Source of the DNA: Felis catus
Taxonomy: Eukaryota
NCBI RefSeq assembly: GCF_018350175.1
Contig: NC_058375.1
Span: 34,472,001-34,536,000, forward strand
Reading direction: 5' to 3'
Length of the DNA stretch: 64,000 bases
Position numbers and translations under genes: made by a program. Shown one piece after another: positions 12,180 through 26,200 of the stretch; position 1 is the stretch's first letter; each line of letters opens with the position of its first letter. Below the pieces are notes generated by a model. It was given only the letters and a program-made list of their open reading frames with translations, was not told where the DNA came from and ran no database searches.

Positions 12180-12830
12180 CCACCCGCGAGTCTGTCCCGG
12201 TCGCCCGCAGAACGTCTGGGGCTGGCGGGGTTCGGCGGGTCCCCAGCCCACGTGCTCCCGACCTCCGCCGCAAGGCGCCGCCCTCCCGCTAGGCGCAATG
12301 CGGACTACGTTTCCCAGGGTGCACAGCGGCGGGGCCTTGGCTCAGCGGGGGCCTCGAGCGGCGCGCCGCGCCGTCGCCTGCTCCGGGGGCGCGCGGGCCG
12401 GCGCGAGGACAGGGCCAGGGACCCGGAATGAGTTTCCGCGCAGTTCCGCTGTGCCTGGCCGGGCTGTGCCGGGCCGGGCCGGGCCAGGGCAGGCGCGGGG
12501 GCAGGGCGGCGCCGGAGTCGGCGGTGCCGGGGACAGGCGCTCGGGGCAGCCCGCGCCTCGCTGAGGTCCCCGCCCCGTCCCGGCCGGGCCGGCTCGTCTG
12601 TCAGTCACTGGGGCGGCGGCAGCGGCAGTAGCGGGGCCGGAGCCGGGCGGTGAGAAGAGCGCGGGCCAGGCCGGCCGGAGGGGATCTGCCACAGCCCCTC
12701 AACTCTACGGACTCTTCGCCCCAGACTCGCGAAGCTGCACCCCTGCGCCTCGTCGGACGCCTCCGTAACCCGCGAAGGGCTCTCTCCCTCGTCACCCCCC
12801 ACCCCGTGACCTCCTCGTAGGACCCGAGAG
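12180..12830 (+). promoter_or_regulatory. IPO13: IPO13 CpG-island promoter with ACTAC/ZNF143(SBS)-type motif at 12304-12323
   Basis: Very high CpG density; ACTACGTTTCCCAGGGTGCA. Confidence 0.8.
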
Positions 12831-13239
12831 CGCACTCAGACCAGGGTGTTGTGGGTACAGGCCATCGACCCTGTGACCTCTCACGGGCCAGGGGCTCGGT
12901 TTCCCCCACAGGCCTGCCTTCCCTGTGACTCCCTCCTCAGAGGGTCTGGGGACAGAGCCGTGACCTACCACCAGGACCCCCGCCTGTGAACTCTTCACTG
13001 ACGGCTCCCTCCTCAGAGTCCCCCTCAGTTGGTCTCCTCCTAAGAGCACTCCTTTTGGCCTCTGGCAAGCCCCCCATCCCCATCCGAGGTGGGGAGGCCT
13101 CGGCAGCCATGCCCGCCCTGGGCCCCCTGTCACCCCACCGCTCCCTGGGCACCCAAGCTGGGGTCTAGCACGGGGCCAGCAGCCAAGGGGCTGGGGCAGG
13201 AGACAGGTCAGGGTCNNNNNNNNNNNNNNNNNNNNNNNN

Positions 13240-16200
13240 NNNNNNNNNNNNNNNNNNNNNNNNNNNNNNNNNNNNNNNNNNNNNNNNNNNNNNNNNNNNN
13301 NNNNNNNNNNNNNNNNNNNNNNNNNNNNNNNNNNNNNNNNNNNNNNNCATACCGGTGACAGAGCAGAAGTTCTGGGGACTGACATTAATGCCAGAGCCCA
13401 GGCCTGGGCTGGGTGCCTGCTGGGATGGTGCCCCCAGAGCACCTGGCATTTGCTGTCTCTCTGGGCAGGCGTGGACAGCAGTGTTATGGTGTCCTAATGG
13501 GCTATTTTTGGCTTTCCTTAGACATGGGTTCTCTTTGGATACTCTGGGGTCTTGGGCTGGTCCCTTCAGGGTGCTGATAGCCTAGACCTCCGGCCGGATT
13601 GGCTATTCTCCAGCTCCGTGGGTACTGCATGAGCAGTGCAGTAAGAAACCAGGAATCCAGGAGACCTATAGCTCAGCCCTCGGGAACCATACCGATGCTG
13701 AGCCATGCTGGACCTGTTTTGTGACCCAGGGGCTCAGAAAATAACCTGGAACTGAAACAGTCTGGGTTATGTTTTCACTTTTTCTTAGGGAAGGATCCTT
13801 CTTGTATTGGATGGAGGCCAGACGAGTCCCGAGCAGGCAGGAAGGGCTAACCCCCTCTCTTTGGTAATGGATCTAAGGGATCCGGTCCTGCTGGCAGCCT
13901 CAGGATCCTTCTCTGCTCACCTGTCCACATAGCTTCCTGCCATGGTCTTCCCAGGCTCTCCCCCTGCCCAGCCCATCTTTTTTGAACTGCTTCTCTGGTT
14001 CTTTTCTGGGTTCTGCCCCTGAGGCCTGGGATGCAGAAATGCCTCCCTGCTGGGTTGAATGGGGAGATGGAAAGCAAGGAATGGTTGCAGATATTCATTT
14101 GTTATTTTTGAGCCCCTTTTGCCATACCAAATGGTGAAAATCCATCCCTACTGCTTCTTTGCCTGCTGAATTCAGCATCCCTGAGGAGCCAAACAGGGGA
14201 CTGTAAATATAAGCTGCTGTCAGAGGTACAAATAGGGCTAAGTCTACTTGGATGGAGCTTGCTTAGGGGGTCAGAGTCCTGACCTCACCCTTCCACCCCC
14301 TGGGGCTGGGTGCTGTTGGCATGGTGGCACACTCTTCCATGTGCAGCCAGGGAGACAAACCACTGTTTTCTTACTGTGTGAAGTCCCTGTGGAATTGGGA
14401 CCCTGGGGATTTGGCGAGTTGAGAGCTCCAGGCAAGGCATTTGCCAGGGCTGCCAGCCAAGACTTCTTGACCAGCTTTTTGGACCCTCACATGCGCTCTC
14501 TGGGGGGTGTTCTCACCCTCCCCTCCAGTATGCCTCTGGCCTAAGGCTGCCTGGCAAAGCCTTAGTCGTGCTCAGATTTCACAATGGCTTTGGTGCCAGC
14601 ATCTGGAGTGACCGAGGGATGATCCTGGGGGAGCTGAATAGAACCTTTGGAGTTGATGGGACCAGCTGTGCCTGGGAGGGTCAGGGCCCTTCAGGCTGTT
14701 CATGCTCTTCTCAGGCTTAGCTTTATCCCTGTGGAGCCATTCCTTCAACCTGGGCCTTGTCCTTTACCTCAAATGCCTCCCCTTTGGGGAGCTCAGCCTC
14801 TTTCTGCTTTCCTGTGGAGGTTCACTTTCTGAACCCCTAATGTTTGGCTATAATGACAACATGGTAGAGCATGGGCAGAGTTCAGGCTCTCCGGGTATCA
14901 GTAGGATCCTCGGCTCAGGAAACAGTGAGCTCTACCTGCTCAGCCCCTCAGTCAGAAAGAGAGAGCAGATTTGCAAGACCAAGTTCTGGGCTCTGACAGG
15001 ATCCAGAGTGGCCAACACCTGCTCAGTCCTGTGCTGTCCTGCAGGCGCTGCACCAGCTCTACTACGATCCCAACATTGAGAACAAGAACCTGGCTCAGAA
15101 GTGGCTGATGCAGGCCCAGGTCTCCCCACAGGCCTGGCACTTCAGCTGGCAGCTACTGCAGCCCGACAAGGTGCCTGAGATCCAGTACTTTGGGGCCAGT
15201 GCCCTGCACATCAAGATCTCTCGCTACTGGAGTGACATCCCCACTGACCAGTACGAAAGTCTAAAGGCACAGCTCTTCACCCAGATCACCCACTTTGCTA
15301 GTGGCTCCAAGATCGTGCTGACTCGGCTGTGCGTGGCACTGGCCTCCCTGGCTCTCAGCATGATGCCTGATGCTTGGCCATGTGCTGTGGCAGATATGGT
15401 ACGGCTCTTCCAGGCTGAGGACTCACCGGTGGATGGTCAGGGCCGCTGCCTGGCCCTACTAGAGCTGCTGACAGTGCTGCCTGAGGAGTTCCAGACGAGC
15501 CGCCTGCCCCAGTATCGCAAAGGCCTGGTGCGGGCCAGCCTGGCAGTGGAGTGCGGGGCTGTCTTCCCGTTGCTAGAGCAGCTGCTACAGCAGCCCAGCT
15601 CACCCAGCTGTGTGCGTCAGAAGGTGCTCAAGTGCTTTTCCAGCTGGGTGCAGCTGGAGGTGCCACTGCAGGACTGTGAGGCGCTTATTCAGGCTGCCTT
15701 TGCTGCTCTGCAGGACTCGGAGCTCTTCGACAGCAGTGTGGAGGCCATTGTCAATGCCATTTCACAGCCCGATGCCCAGAGGTGAGCTGGTCCCCATCTT
15801 CCCAGAAAAGAACAGTTTGATTGGCCTTCCATCTATCTGTTCAATAAACACGAATTGAGTGCCTACTGCATACCTGGTCCTATGCTGGAGATACACAAGG
15901 AGGCAAACAAGACATGGTCCTTGTCCTTATGGTTCAGAGAGGGAGACACAACTAATCATCCAACAGATTATTCAGTTAAAATATTTGACTCTTTCTTCTC
16001 TTTCTCTCAACCAATCAGTCACCATGTCCTGGCTGTTCTGCTCCTGACCATACTGCAAATCTATTTTTCCCATCTCCACTGCCACCAGCCTAGTCCGAGC
16101 TGTCATCATCTCTCTCCCCAAATGATTGCAGAGATTTTTCACCAGTCCCCTGGTTTTTACTCCTGTACCCGTATTGCCACCGAGCAGCTAGAGTGATCTT

Positions 16201-19200
16201 TTGAAAAGGAGGATCCAATTTGTCCTTTCTGCTCAGAACCCTTCAGTGGCTTTTCGCAGCTCTTAGGATAAAGTTCAGAATCCTTAACGTGATCCACAAG
16301 GTGCTGCACAGAATGGCATCTCTAACCTCTTCTCATGTCATGCTCCTTTCTGCACTCTCATACAGTCTTTTCAGTTGCTTGAATGTTCCATGCTCCTTCT
16401 AGCTTCTGAACCATCACAGGTGCTTGGCACATCATCTCTACCTCAACTGAAATTTCATTATCTTAGGAAAGCCCTCAATGATTTTTAAGACTAAGTTTGG
16501 TCTACTCTATTATTGTATCTCAGAGCTTCTAGTGTTTCTCCTTCTTAGCCTGTAACACAGTTTCATCATAAATTAATGTATGTCTCCTCATTGGTCTCTC
16601 AGCTCTGTGAGGACAGACACTGAATCATTTTATTTTGTCACATTGTGCCTGGCAGCATTTGGTAGCATTCGGTGTTTTTTGAACAGATGAAAAGTAGGAG
16701 TTGCCTGAGAGGTGGGAGCAGGGTGGGGGAGTTCAGGGGAAGAGGGAGCGCTCCAGGCTTCAGGAACTATAGCGGGGGCAAAGGCCCCTGGTGCACAGCA
16801 CCATAGTACCTTTAAGGACTTGAAGGAAGGTGAGTGTAGCGAGGTGTTTGTGCAGCAAATGTTTGTTGCGTGCCTCTTTGTGTCTTGGGCCCTGTGCTGA
16901 GCACCAGGTGCATAAAGATGAATGGGTTGACTTCAGCAAGCCAGGAGCTCACAGTCTAACAGACACATGGAGGGGCAAGTGTGGTCAACGAGATGAACGC
17001 TATGATAGAGAAAATGGTGGGGGGACTGTAAGAGCCCAGAGGAGGCATTTAACCTGGTCTTAGGACTGTGAAAGGCTTCCCAGAGGAAGTGTGCTTTAAA
17101 GAGCCTTAGCAAAGAAAGGGTGTTGAGAAAGCCTGGTGAGTGGTGGTGATTAAACAGCAGGATTTAAGGGCCAGTTGTGGGAGGTCTGGGCCCAGATTAT
17201 GTAAGACCTTTGTCAGCCAGGCTTAAGATTTTGGTCTTCATCCTGAGGATGATGTAAAGATATTAAAGGATTTCAAGTAGAGAAAATGCCATAATGAGGT
17301 GTTTGGTATAAGTTGGATTGGCCATGGCAAGACTGGAGACACTAACACTTCAGAGGTAGGGCTTTAGAAACCCTTAGCAGACTTGGAGGGGAAAAACATT
17401 GAAAGAGATGGCATCAGAGAGTGGTTAATGGCTCTAGCCTTGGCATTAGTCACGTCTGAGTTTGAATCCCAGATGGTCTGTTTACTAGGTCCGATACCTT
17501 GGATAAGTCGCTTTTAAGCCTCGGTTTCCTCATCAGTAAAATGGGTGTGATCATATTAACCTGAGAGAGTTATAAAGGCTTAAATAGGACAATGTGCACA
17601 GGGTCTGCCCCTGGTATTCTGTAAATGATATTTTGATATTAATAGGATTAAAGAAGAAAATGTCTATGAAAGGTTTAGCCTGGTTCTTGCACGCCCCATA
17701 AAAGGCAGTTGTTAGTATTTGGTATTGTTTTGCATTGGCAGTTAGTGTTTCTTTCCAATGGTTTCCCAGGTTTTCCAACTCAAGGTGGGTATCAAGTCCC
17801 AGGACTAGCCTTTCTTGGCAGCTTGAAGCTCGAGTGCCGGCTGCACTCAGACAGTTGGTAGCTAAAGGGAATTGGCCAGGGCAAGTGCATGGGTGATGTG
17901 GGGTGTCCTTGGATACACCCAGGTTTACCCGCCCAGCCGGTCTCGAGGGCTTTGGCAGGTAATTGATGCCTCTTCTCTTCTGAACGAATGAGCGAACAAG
18001 GAGCCAGTGAGGGAACCCACAGCCTCCTGAGCGCCCATTGGCTGCAGCCCCCATGGTTGCTTAGCAACTCTCCCCATTTTCTCAGCTCTCCTCCCTGAGC
18101 TCTAATTGCAGGTCTGGGCTGAGCTCAGTGTGAGTGGCAGCCAGCAAGTCCCAGCAGCCCTGCCCCGGCAGCTTGAGCTGACCAACAGAACTAGGCCTCT
18201 TGAACCCAGTCTCAGCTATGGGCTTAAAGACATCCTCTCTATCTCCCTCTCCCAAACCTAGAAACCTCTGGAAGCCTCAGACCTGCTCTTCTGTGTGCAT
18301 AGTTCTCAGGAATAGGTGCCCAGGTGGTGGGAAATCTAAACAAGGGTTTCCCCCACCGGGGTGCTGCACCAGCCTAGTGTCAGAGTTTGGGTCTTGCTCT
18401 GTCTAGTCTAGCTTCCTAGACTTTGGCTTGAGAAAGTCACCTGTGGTTTTGCCTCTTGGGTTATCCAGCCACTGCCTTCCCCAGGTGTCCTAATATTGGC
18501 TGTCCCCTTGGCGGAGCTTGCACTCAGGTCCCCTCTTTCCCACTCTTCCACAGCTGCTGCTGCTTGCCTGACTCTCTCTCCCTCAATTTTCTTTTTCCTG
18601 AAATATGTTTTTAGTCCTGGAAAAGCTTTCACTGGGGGCTGGGGGAGGAGAGAAGGTGAATTAGACAAGTTCTTGGGGGCTCCCATCAGTTAGAATTTGA
18701 GATATGGGCTGAGATTTGCATAGATCCTTTGGGGAAAATTCAGGTAGGGCTCTGAAAGAGCAGTCCTGCAGCAGAAGAGGCTACCTCAGCCTGGAATTTG
18801 TCTCAAAGTTGCTATATGACCTTGAGTTATACTCGGAGCCCTTCTGGACTTGTCTGTGACTTAGCCTATTATGCAGCTCAAATGTGACCAATTAACAACT
18901 CAGTGAAGATTGAGTACCTGCTGTGTACATGAACTTTGGCAGGTGTGAGGGAGCCTTGGTGGGGACGCTTTGGGGACAGGGCGCTATCTCCTGCCCCCAT
19001 CTCAGCTGCTGGTAAGCTCGCACGCCATGACTTTGGCCCTGTCCCTGCTCTCTGTGCCAGAGTCTGGCCTGAAGGTGCCCATTGTCTGGTGGTGCAGCCT
19101 GTGTCAGGGTCATGAGACTGAAGCTATCCCAGCTGTTTCCAGGCAGAGCCCTCTAGGGCTGTCTCTGGGTTGGGAGTATCCTGGTATGGATACCTTGTCC

Positions 19201-22200
19201 AACCAGAATGAGGATTTGGAGAAAGCTGACATCTGGGCTGGCTGCCCCTTGTTTTCATCTTACCCCTGAGGTTATGAGACTACGGGCCTAGCAGCCTGCT
19301 TAGGGCAAATGCAAATAGAACTCCTCTGGACTTTCAACCTCCTACCTCTCCATAGATGGCTATGGTGACACTATGATTGGTAGCAGAGGGGTCTCAAGCA
19401 TCTGATTCCCTCTGAGAGTATCACTTCATGCGATTAGTCTGATCTCCACAGCAGGCTGCTGGGGAGGGGTCCAGTGAGATAGAGCTAGCATTCTCAGTCT
19501 CCTTTGTATACTGTGTGTCCCCTGCTCCCCTTTAAGGATCATTGTGCTTCAGGACTCTGACTTGCACCTTCTTTTCTCTCATTCACTGCTTTCTTCCTGG
19601 GCAATGCTCATCTACTCCCATAGCTTCAGTTACCAGCTGTTTGCTGATGACTATGTCTCTTGCTCTGACTTCTCCCTTGGGCTTCAGGTTTTTATATCCA
19701 ACTCTCTGGACACTTCTGTTTGCATATCTCACCAGGTACCTCTGATTCAACATGCCTAACACTGAACTCATCGCCTTCTGGCCTCCCATTAAATTTATTA
19801 CTATTCCCCTCTACCCACCCCTCCTGGCCTCAGTAAATAGCTCCACCATCTACTTAGTTGTTTAGTCAATAACATGAGAGTTGTCCTTGACTCTTCCCCA
19901 TTGTCATATTCAATCAGTCATCAAGTCCTGTCCATTTTTCCTCTTAGCTATCTCCTAGTTCATCATCTATTGCTGTCCCTTCATACTGCCACCAGAGTAC
20001 ATAGGAATTAGGATCTGGTGGTAGGGAGTGGAATGGAAGGTGGGGACTGATGCTGTCAGTGCCTTCCGAAGTCTTTATCAGGGCTCCTGAGCCTGTATTA
20101 ACTCCTCTGTCACTCATCCTGTTCAGTCTCCTGTAACACTGTCTATATTAGTTTTCTGGAGGGGCTGTAATAAAGTACCTCACACTGGGCAGCTTTAAAC
20201 AACAGAAATTTATTGTCTCATAGTTGCAGAGGCTGGGGGTCCAAAATCAAGGTGTCGGTTTCCTCTAAAAACCCGGAGGAGAATCCTTCCTCACCTCTTC
20301 CTAGCTTCTGTTTGTTTGCTGGCAATCTGTGGTGGTCCTTGGCTTTAAGTTGCATGACTCCAATCTCTGCCTTTGTCATCACATGTCATTCTCCCTATGA
20401 GCCTCTGTCTTCACATGGTTGTCTTATAAGGACATCCATTGTACTGTAGTAGAGCTCCCCCCCCCCCCCACTCTGTGATCTCATCTGCAATGACACTGTT
20501 TTGAAATAAGATTACATTCTGAGGTATTGGAGATTAGGACTTCAACACATCTTCTTGGTGGATACAACTCAGCCCATAATAGGCTGCCCCTTGGCCCCTC
20601 TAAAATATGTCCTTCCCACGTGCAAAATACATGCATCTCATCCCAACTTCCCCAGAAGTCTTAACTCGTGCCAGCACCAACTGTAAGTCCAATTAGAGGA
20701 CACAATTTAACCTGTAACACTGACCTCACACTTCCTTCTCAGAGTTCTCCTGGAAGTCTCTGACAGAAGGTTCTTCTCAACATGGGCAGCATCAAAGCTA
20801 CGATGTAGGCCCTGACCTCTTTTTTGCTTTGGGTTTGTTGTGGGGAGTGAGCTTTGATGGAAGACGGGGAGAATGTGCCTTTCTCTCAAAGCTGGTGGGG
20901 GATGGGTAGACAGCTCTGATGGGTCTCCTTACCTCATGCCTCCAGGTATGTGAACACACTCCTCAAACTCATCCCGCTGGTGCTGGGATTGCAAGATCAA
21001 CTGCGACAGGCAGTGCAGAATGGGGACATGGAGACCTCCCATGGCATCTGTCGCATTGCTGTGGCCCTGGGCGAGAACCACTCCCGGTGAGCAGTTGGGC
21101 AGCTGGGAGTGTGATAGCAGGGCCCTCTCAGAGGTGTGGTTTTGGAGCCCTGTTGGGGGAGGGGGAATGACCTTACTATACCTCCTCCTTCCAAGGGCCT
21201 TGCTGGACCAAGTGGAGCACTGGCAGAGCTTCCTGGCCCTTGTCAACATGATTATGTTCTGCACCGGCATCCCTGGCCACTATCCTGTCAATGAGACCAC
21301 CAGTTCCCTGACCCTCACCTTCTGGTACACGTTGCAGGTGTGTCTATGTGACCTCTAGTAGAATTGGGCTGTAATGACAGAAGGTAGATCATGGGCTTCT
21401 GGGCCTGGTGCTGAGGTGGCTAACTTTCTTCCCTGGCTCTCTCAGGATGACATTCTGTCCTTTGAGGCAGAGAAGCAGGCTGTGTACCAGCNNNNNNNNN
21501 NNNNNNNNNNNNNNNNNNNNNNNNNNNNNNNNNNNNNNNNNNNNNNNNNNNNNNNNNNNNNNNNNNNNNNNNNNNNNNNNNNNNNNNNNNNNNNNNNNNN
21601 NNNNNNNNNNNNNNNNNNNNNNNNNNNNNNNNNNNNNNNTAAATAGAGTCCTGAAATAATGAAGGCAATGAGGGGAGGAGCCCAAGACCAGGCCTCTTGA
21701 ATCCTGAGGCTCCTTTCTCTATTCTCTAGGCACTTTTGCAGTTGTGAGGGAGCTGGGGTGGGCTCCTGGGCTTGGGAGCAGGATCCGGGCAGTGTATAAG
21801 GTCTTCGTCTACTTCTTAGGGTGGACATCTCAGATACGCTCATGTATGNNNNNNNNNNNNNNNNNNNNNNNNNNNNNNNNNNNNNNNNNNNNNNNNNNNN
21901 NNNNNNNNNNNNNNNNNNNNNNNNNNNNNNNNNNNNNNNNNNNNNNNNNNNNNNNNNNNNNNNNNNNNNNNNNNNNNNNNTCACACCCTCCTCCTCAGCC
22001 AAGCCAGTGGCACCCTCTTTCCTCAGCACACAGAGGCCCTGCTCTATGGCTTCCAATCCATCGCAGAGACCANNNNNNNNNNNNNNNNNNNNNNNNNNNN
22101 NNNNNNNNNNNNNNNNNNNNNNNNNNNNNNNNNNNNNNNNNNNNNNNNNNNNNNNNNNNNNNNNNNNNNNNNNNNNNNNNNNNNNNNNNNNNNNNNNNNN

Positions 22201-23210
22201 NNNNNNNNNNNNCCACAGGCACCCCATCCCCAGCTATAGTTGGCCTGCTGGTTCCTGTCCAAAATGGGAGAGACACACATGCCCACACACACAATCAGCA
22301 TTGCAGCCAACTGGCTGTCCTGGCACATCTAGGGGTCCTTCCTACAGTGTTCTGAGCTGCAATTCAGTGAAGCTAGTTTGCTGTCAATGGAACAGCAGTG
22401 CTAGACCTCTTCTGAGTAACTTCTTCCTGCTCCTCAGCTATAAGGCTCCTGTTTGAGCATGTGCATGCATATTTGCCTATTCAGCTCTAGGGCTGTAATT
22501 TGATCTGCCAGAAGCTCTGCCTGCCTCTCAGGGACATGGTACAAAGCCAGCCTGGCCTGCCTCAGATATCCTCCCCTNNNNNNNNNNNNNNNNNNNNNNN
22601 NNNNNNNNNNNNNNNNNNNNNNNNNNNNNNNNNNNNNNNNNNNNNNNNNNNNNNNNNNNNNNNNNNNNNNNNNNNNNNNNNNNNNNNNNNNNNNNNNNNN
22701 NNNNNNNNNNNNNNNNNNNNNNNNNNNNNNNNNTGACCTGCCACCCTATGCTGCTAACATTGTGGCTGTCTCCCAGGTATGCGTGGGCTAGGGTTGGGCT
22801 GGGTCTCAGGGCACACTGCACTGTGCTGATACCAAATTCCTTCTGTTTATCTCCAGGATGTGTTGATGAAACAGATCCACAAGGTGAGCCCAGAAGTTTC
22901 TAGGGGGTCCTTGGGGATATTATGGGAATCTGCAGAAATCCTCTTCTGCCTTTTCCTACCCCTTGTCTTTTATTCTCTGTTCTTGGAAGCTTCCCCAAGA
23001 GGTTTATTCTTCCTACCCACATCCAGATGTATCCAGGATTGACTTTCCATGTTCTGCCCCACAGACAAGCCAGTGCATGTGGCTGATGCAGGCACTGGGC
23101 TTCCTGCTGTCAGCCCTGCAGGTGGAGGAGATCCTTAAGAACCTGCACTCCCTTATCTCACCCTATATCCAGCAGCTGGAGAAGCTGGCAGAGGAGATAG
23201 TGAGTGAGCT

Positions 23211-23256
<46 letters not shown>

Positions 23257-26200
23257 GCCAGAAGGCAGGGGTGGGTTGCCCTTTGTGTGGGCTATGGCTG
23301 TTGGGGAGTGGGGTTGGAGTTGACAGTCAGGGCTGGGGTCCGGGGGCCAAGCTGGGCCTCGGAGATCCAGAGCTTGGTTTGATTCTCCCCATAGCCTAAT
23401 CCTTCCAACAAACTGGCCATTGTCCACATCTTGGGGCTTCTCTCCAACCTCTTCACCACGCTGGATGTCAGTCATCATGAGGATGAACATGAAGGCCCTG
23501 AGCTCCGGAAGCTGCCAGTGCCACAGGGACCCAACCCCGTGGGTGATGTTGCCATTGCCCTCCACCCCCAACACACACACACACACACACACACTACCAC
23601 ACACCCTGTGGGAATATCATTGTTACTCCCCAACTTTATGGATAATATTGTCATGGTTCCCTTGGCCCCATGGGGCATGATGCATTTGGTGTGTTGACCC
23701 TGTGAATGACCTTATCATTGTGCCTCATTCTGTAGGGAGTGATATCATTGTGTCATCCAACCCTGTGGGTGATATTTGTCTTTGTCCCCAGCCCAACCAG
23801 GGTGATGTCATTGTGGTTCCTCCATCTCATGGGAGACATTGACATTATCCTTCAACCCCATAAATGATGTAATTATGGGTTCCTGTTTGACCCCCAGTTC
23901 CGGGGGGTCTTCTACTTGGCTACTCACCATCCCCTGTGGGCACTGGGGATGCTTACATGCTCCACGTGTAATAGTTCTTGCCTTCGACTTGCTCCCAGTC
24001 TAGAGGAAACATACATAAACAGATTGTCACAAAGCAGTGTGATAAGTACTGTGATAAGCTCAGGCACAGGGGGTTGGGGTGACCACTTACAAGCTGTTTG
24101 ATCTGGAGCAAGGCTCAGCTTCCCATTCAAAACTATGAACATCAGACTACCTGGCTTGCTTATCTCAATAGAATGATGCTGGGTAGCATATGTGGTCTTG
24201 AGTAAAATTTTGTATAAATGTGAGACACTGCTTGGATTATTGTTCCCAGGGTTTCTCCTGGAGAAAAGGGAGCCACAGTATCCTAGCTTCTCTCTTCAGC
24301 TCTCCACTTTAGTTTCAGTTGCCCTTTTGGCTCTAGACCAAAGTTGGGCTAGCGTCCTCCTACAGAGCCCCTTCTCCTTCCGTGGTAGTCATTGTCCTGC
24401 CTTCCCTTACCTCCCAGGACCTCAGTCTGCTCTCTGCTCCTCCGTAAGTTGCCACATCTGTGCATCCCTTGGGGCTCTGCACCCTAAGCCTGTTTGAGTG
24501 AGACAGCATCTCCACTTCAGGGGCTAACCCATAGGCTTTTGATACTGAAAGGATTTTTCTGAGCAGAAATGGATAGGGAGTGATTTTTCTTAAAAGTTAC
24601 AAAGTTTAATAATCTTCTGAAGCCTTCATAATATCCCTGCTTTGCACTTTGAGGCTTCCTCTAAAATGATCCCTAGAATTCAGGATATCCTCTTTATTCA
24701 TGGGGGATTCAACACACCACTCCTTCCCCCAAGGTCCCATCCATTGAGTCCTCAACATGCAGTCTGGAGTAATAGGTTTGAACTTCTGGCCAACTTTGTA
24801 CTACCGGGTCCTTCTGGGGTGGGTGAGAGTGGTGGTGGGGCACCTCACTTCTTCTGTGTCTTCAGGTGGTTGTGGTGTTGCAGCAGGTCTTCCAGCTTAT
24901 CCAGAAGGTGCTGAGCAAATGGCTGAATGATGCCCAAGTGGTGGAGGTGAGCCTCAATCCTTGCTCTCTGCCCCCATCGTGACTTTGCTTAGATACGGAA
25001 CAGGATAAAGGTGTTGCTGCCCCATCTTGGCTTACAGTGGTCTGGAGAAAATAAAGGAGGTGAATCCTGCCTCACAGACACAAGGAATGTTTTGGGAAGA
25101 CATTCAGAACTTTCCAATATCACAGGAAGCCCTTGACCAAAGAACTATGATGTTGGGGCTGAGTGACAGTCAGGGATCCACCTTGTAATCAGAGACCTGC
25201 CTTTAGTCCGTTTTCAATTCAGGATTTTCTTACTATTGCTGCTCTCTGAGAGGAAATGGTGGAGATGTAAGTAGCAAGACTTGAGTTACAAAGTTCCATC
25301 CTGTGCTCCTCTGAGAAGGCCTTTTGGCCTGCTGCCCTTCAGGGTGAGGGTCAGGCTTGTTTACCTTTCTTGATCCGCAGGGCCAGGCCAGGCCTTATAG
25401 GTAAGGGTCCCACCTTAGGCCTCCTCTGTGCAGAGCCTCAGTTGTGTTCTGGGTGATTGTGACCTGCTAACCAGGACCCCTTCGCTTTCTTCCTTTTTTC
25501 TTTTTTTTTTAAGCGAAATATATTTGACGGTTAACATTGTATAAATTTAAGGTGTACAGCATGTTGATTTGACACATTTATGGATTATAATATGATTGCC
25601 ATCGTATGGTAATTAGAATCCCTATCACATCACATAATTATACTTCTTTTTAGGGGTTGGAATAATTGAGATCTAGTCTCTTGGCAGGTTTGATGATCAT
25701 AATACTGTTGTCTATTTCCTGGGCNNNNNNNNNNNNNNNNNNNNNNNNNNNNNNNNNNNNNNNNNNNNNNNNNNNNNNNNNNNNNNNNNNNNNNNNNNNN
25801 NNNNNNNNNNNNNNNNNNNNNNNNNNNNNNNNNNNNNNNNNNNNNNNNNNNNNNNNNNNNNNNNNNNNNNNNNNNNNNNNNNNNNNNNNNNNNNNNNNNN
25901 NNNNCAGTGTTTTAAATTTCATCCTAGTTAGAGGTCTGACCCAGGGATGGGGTGGTGGGTAGAGTGGGGTGGATGGCTGTCCTGGCAGGGATCCTGACCT
26001 GCATTCTAGGGATGCTGGCCAGTTCTTGGTGAGACAGGGCCTCAGCTGACCAGCATTCCCTGCTTTGTTGTAGCTGGTCCACATCTTTGCTCATGAACCT
26101 GCCCACTTTCCCCCAATCGAGGCCCTCTTCCTGCTCGTCACCTCCATCACACTCACTCTCTTCCAACAAGGTAGGTCCTGACCAGGGTCCCTGCTGTTGC

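Noticed and set aside
23533-23945. Periodic repeat as a CRISPR-like array
   Set aside because: Units are degenerate with no repeat-spacer alternation; mammalian intron with no cas genes
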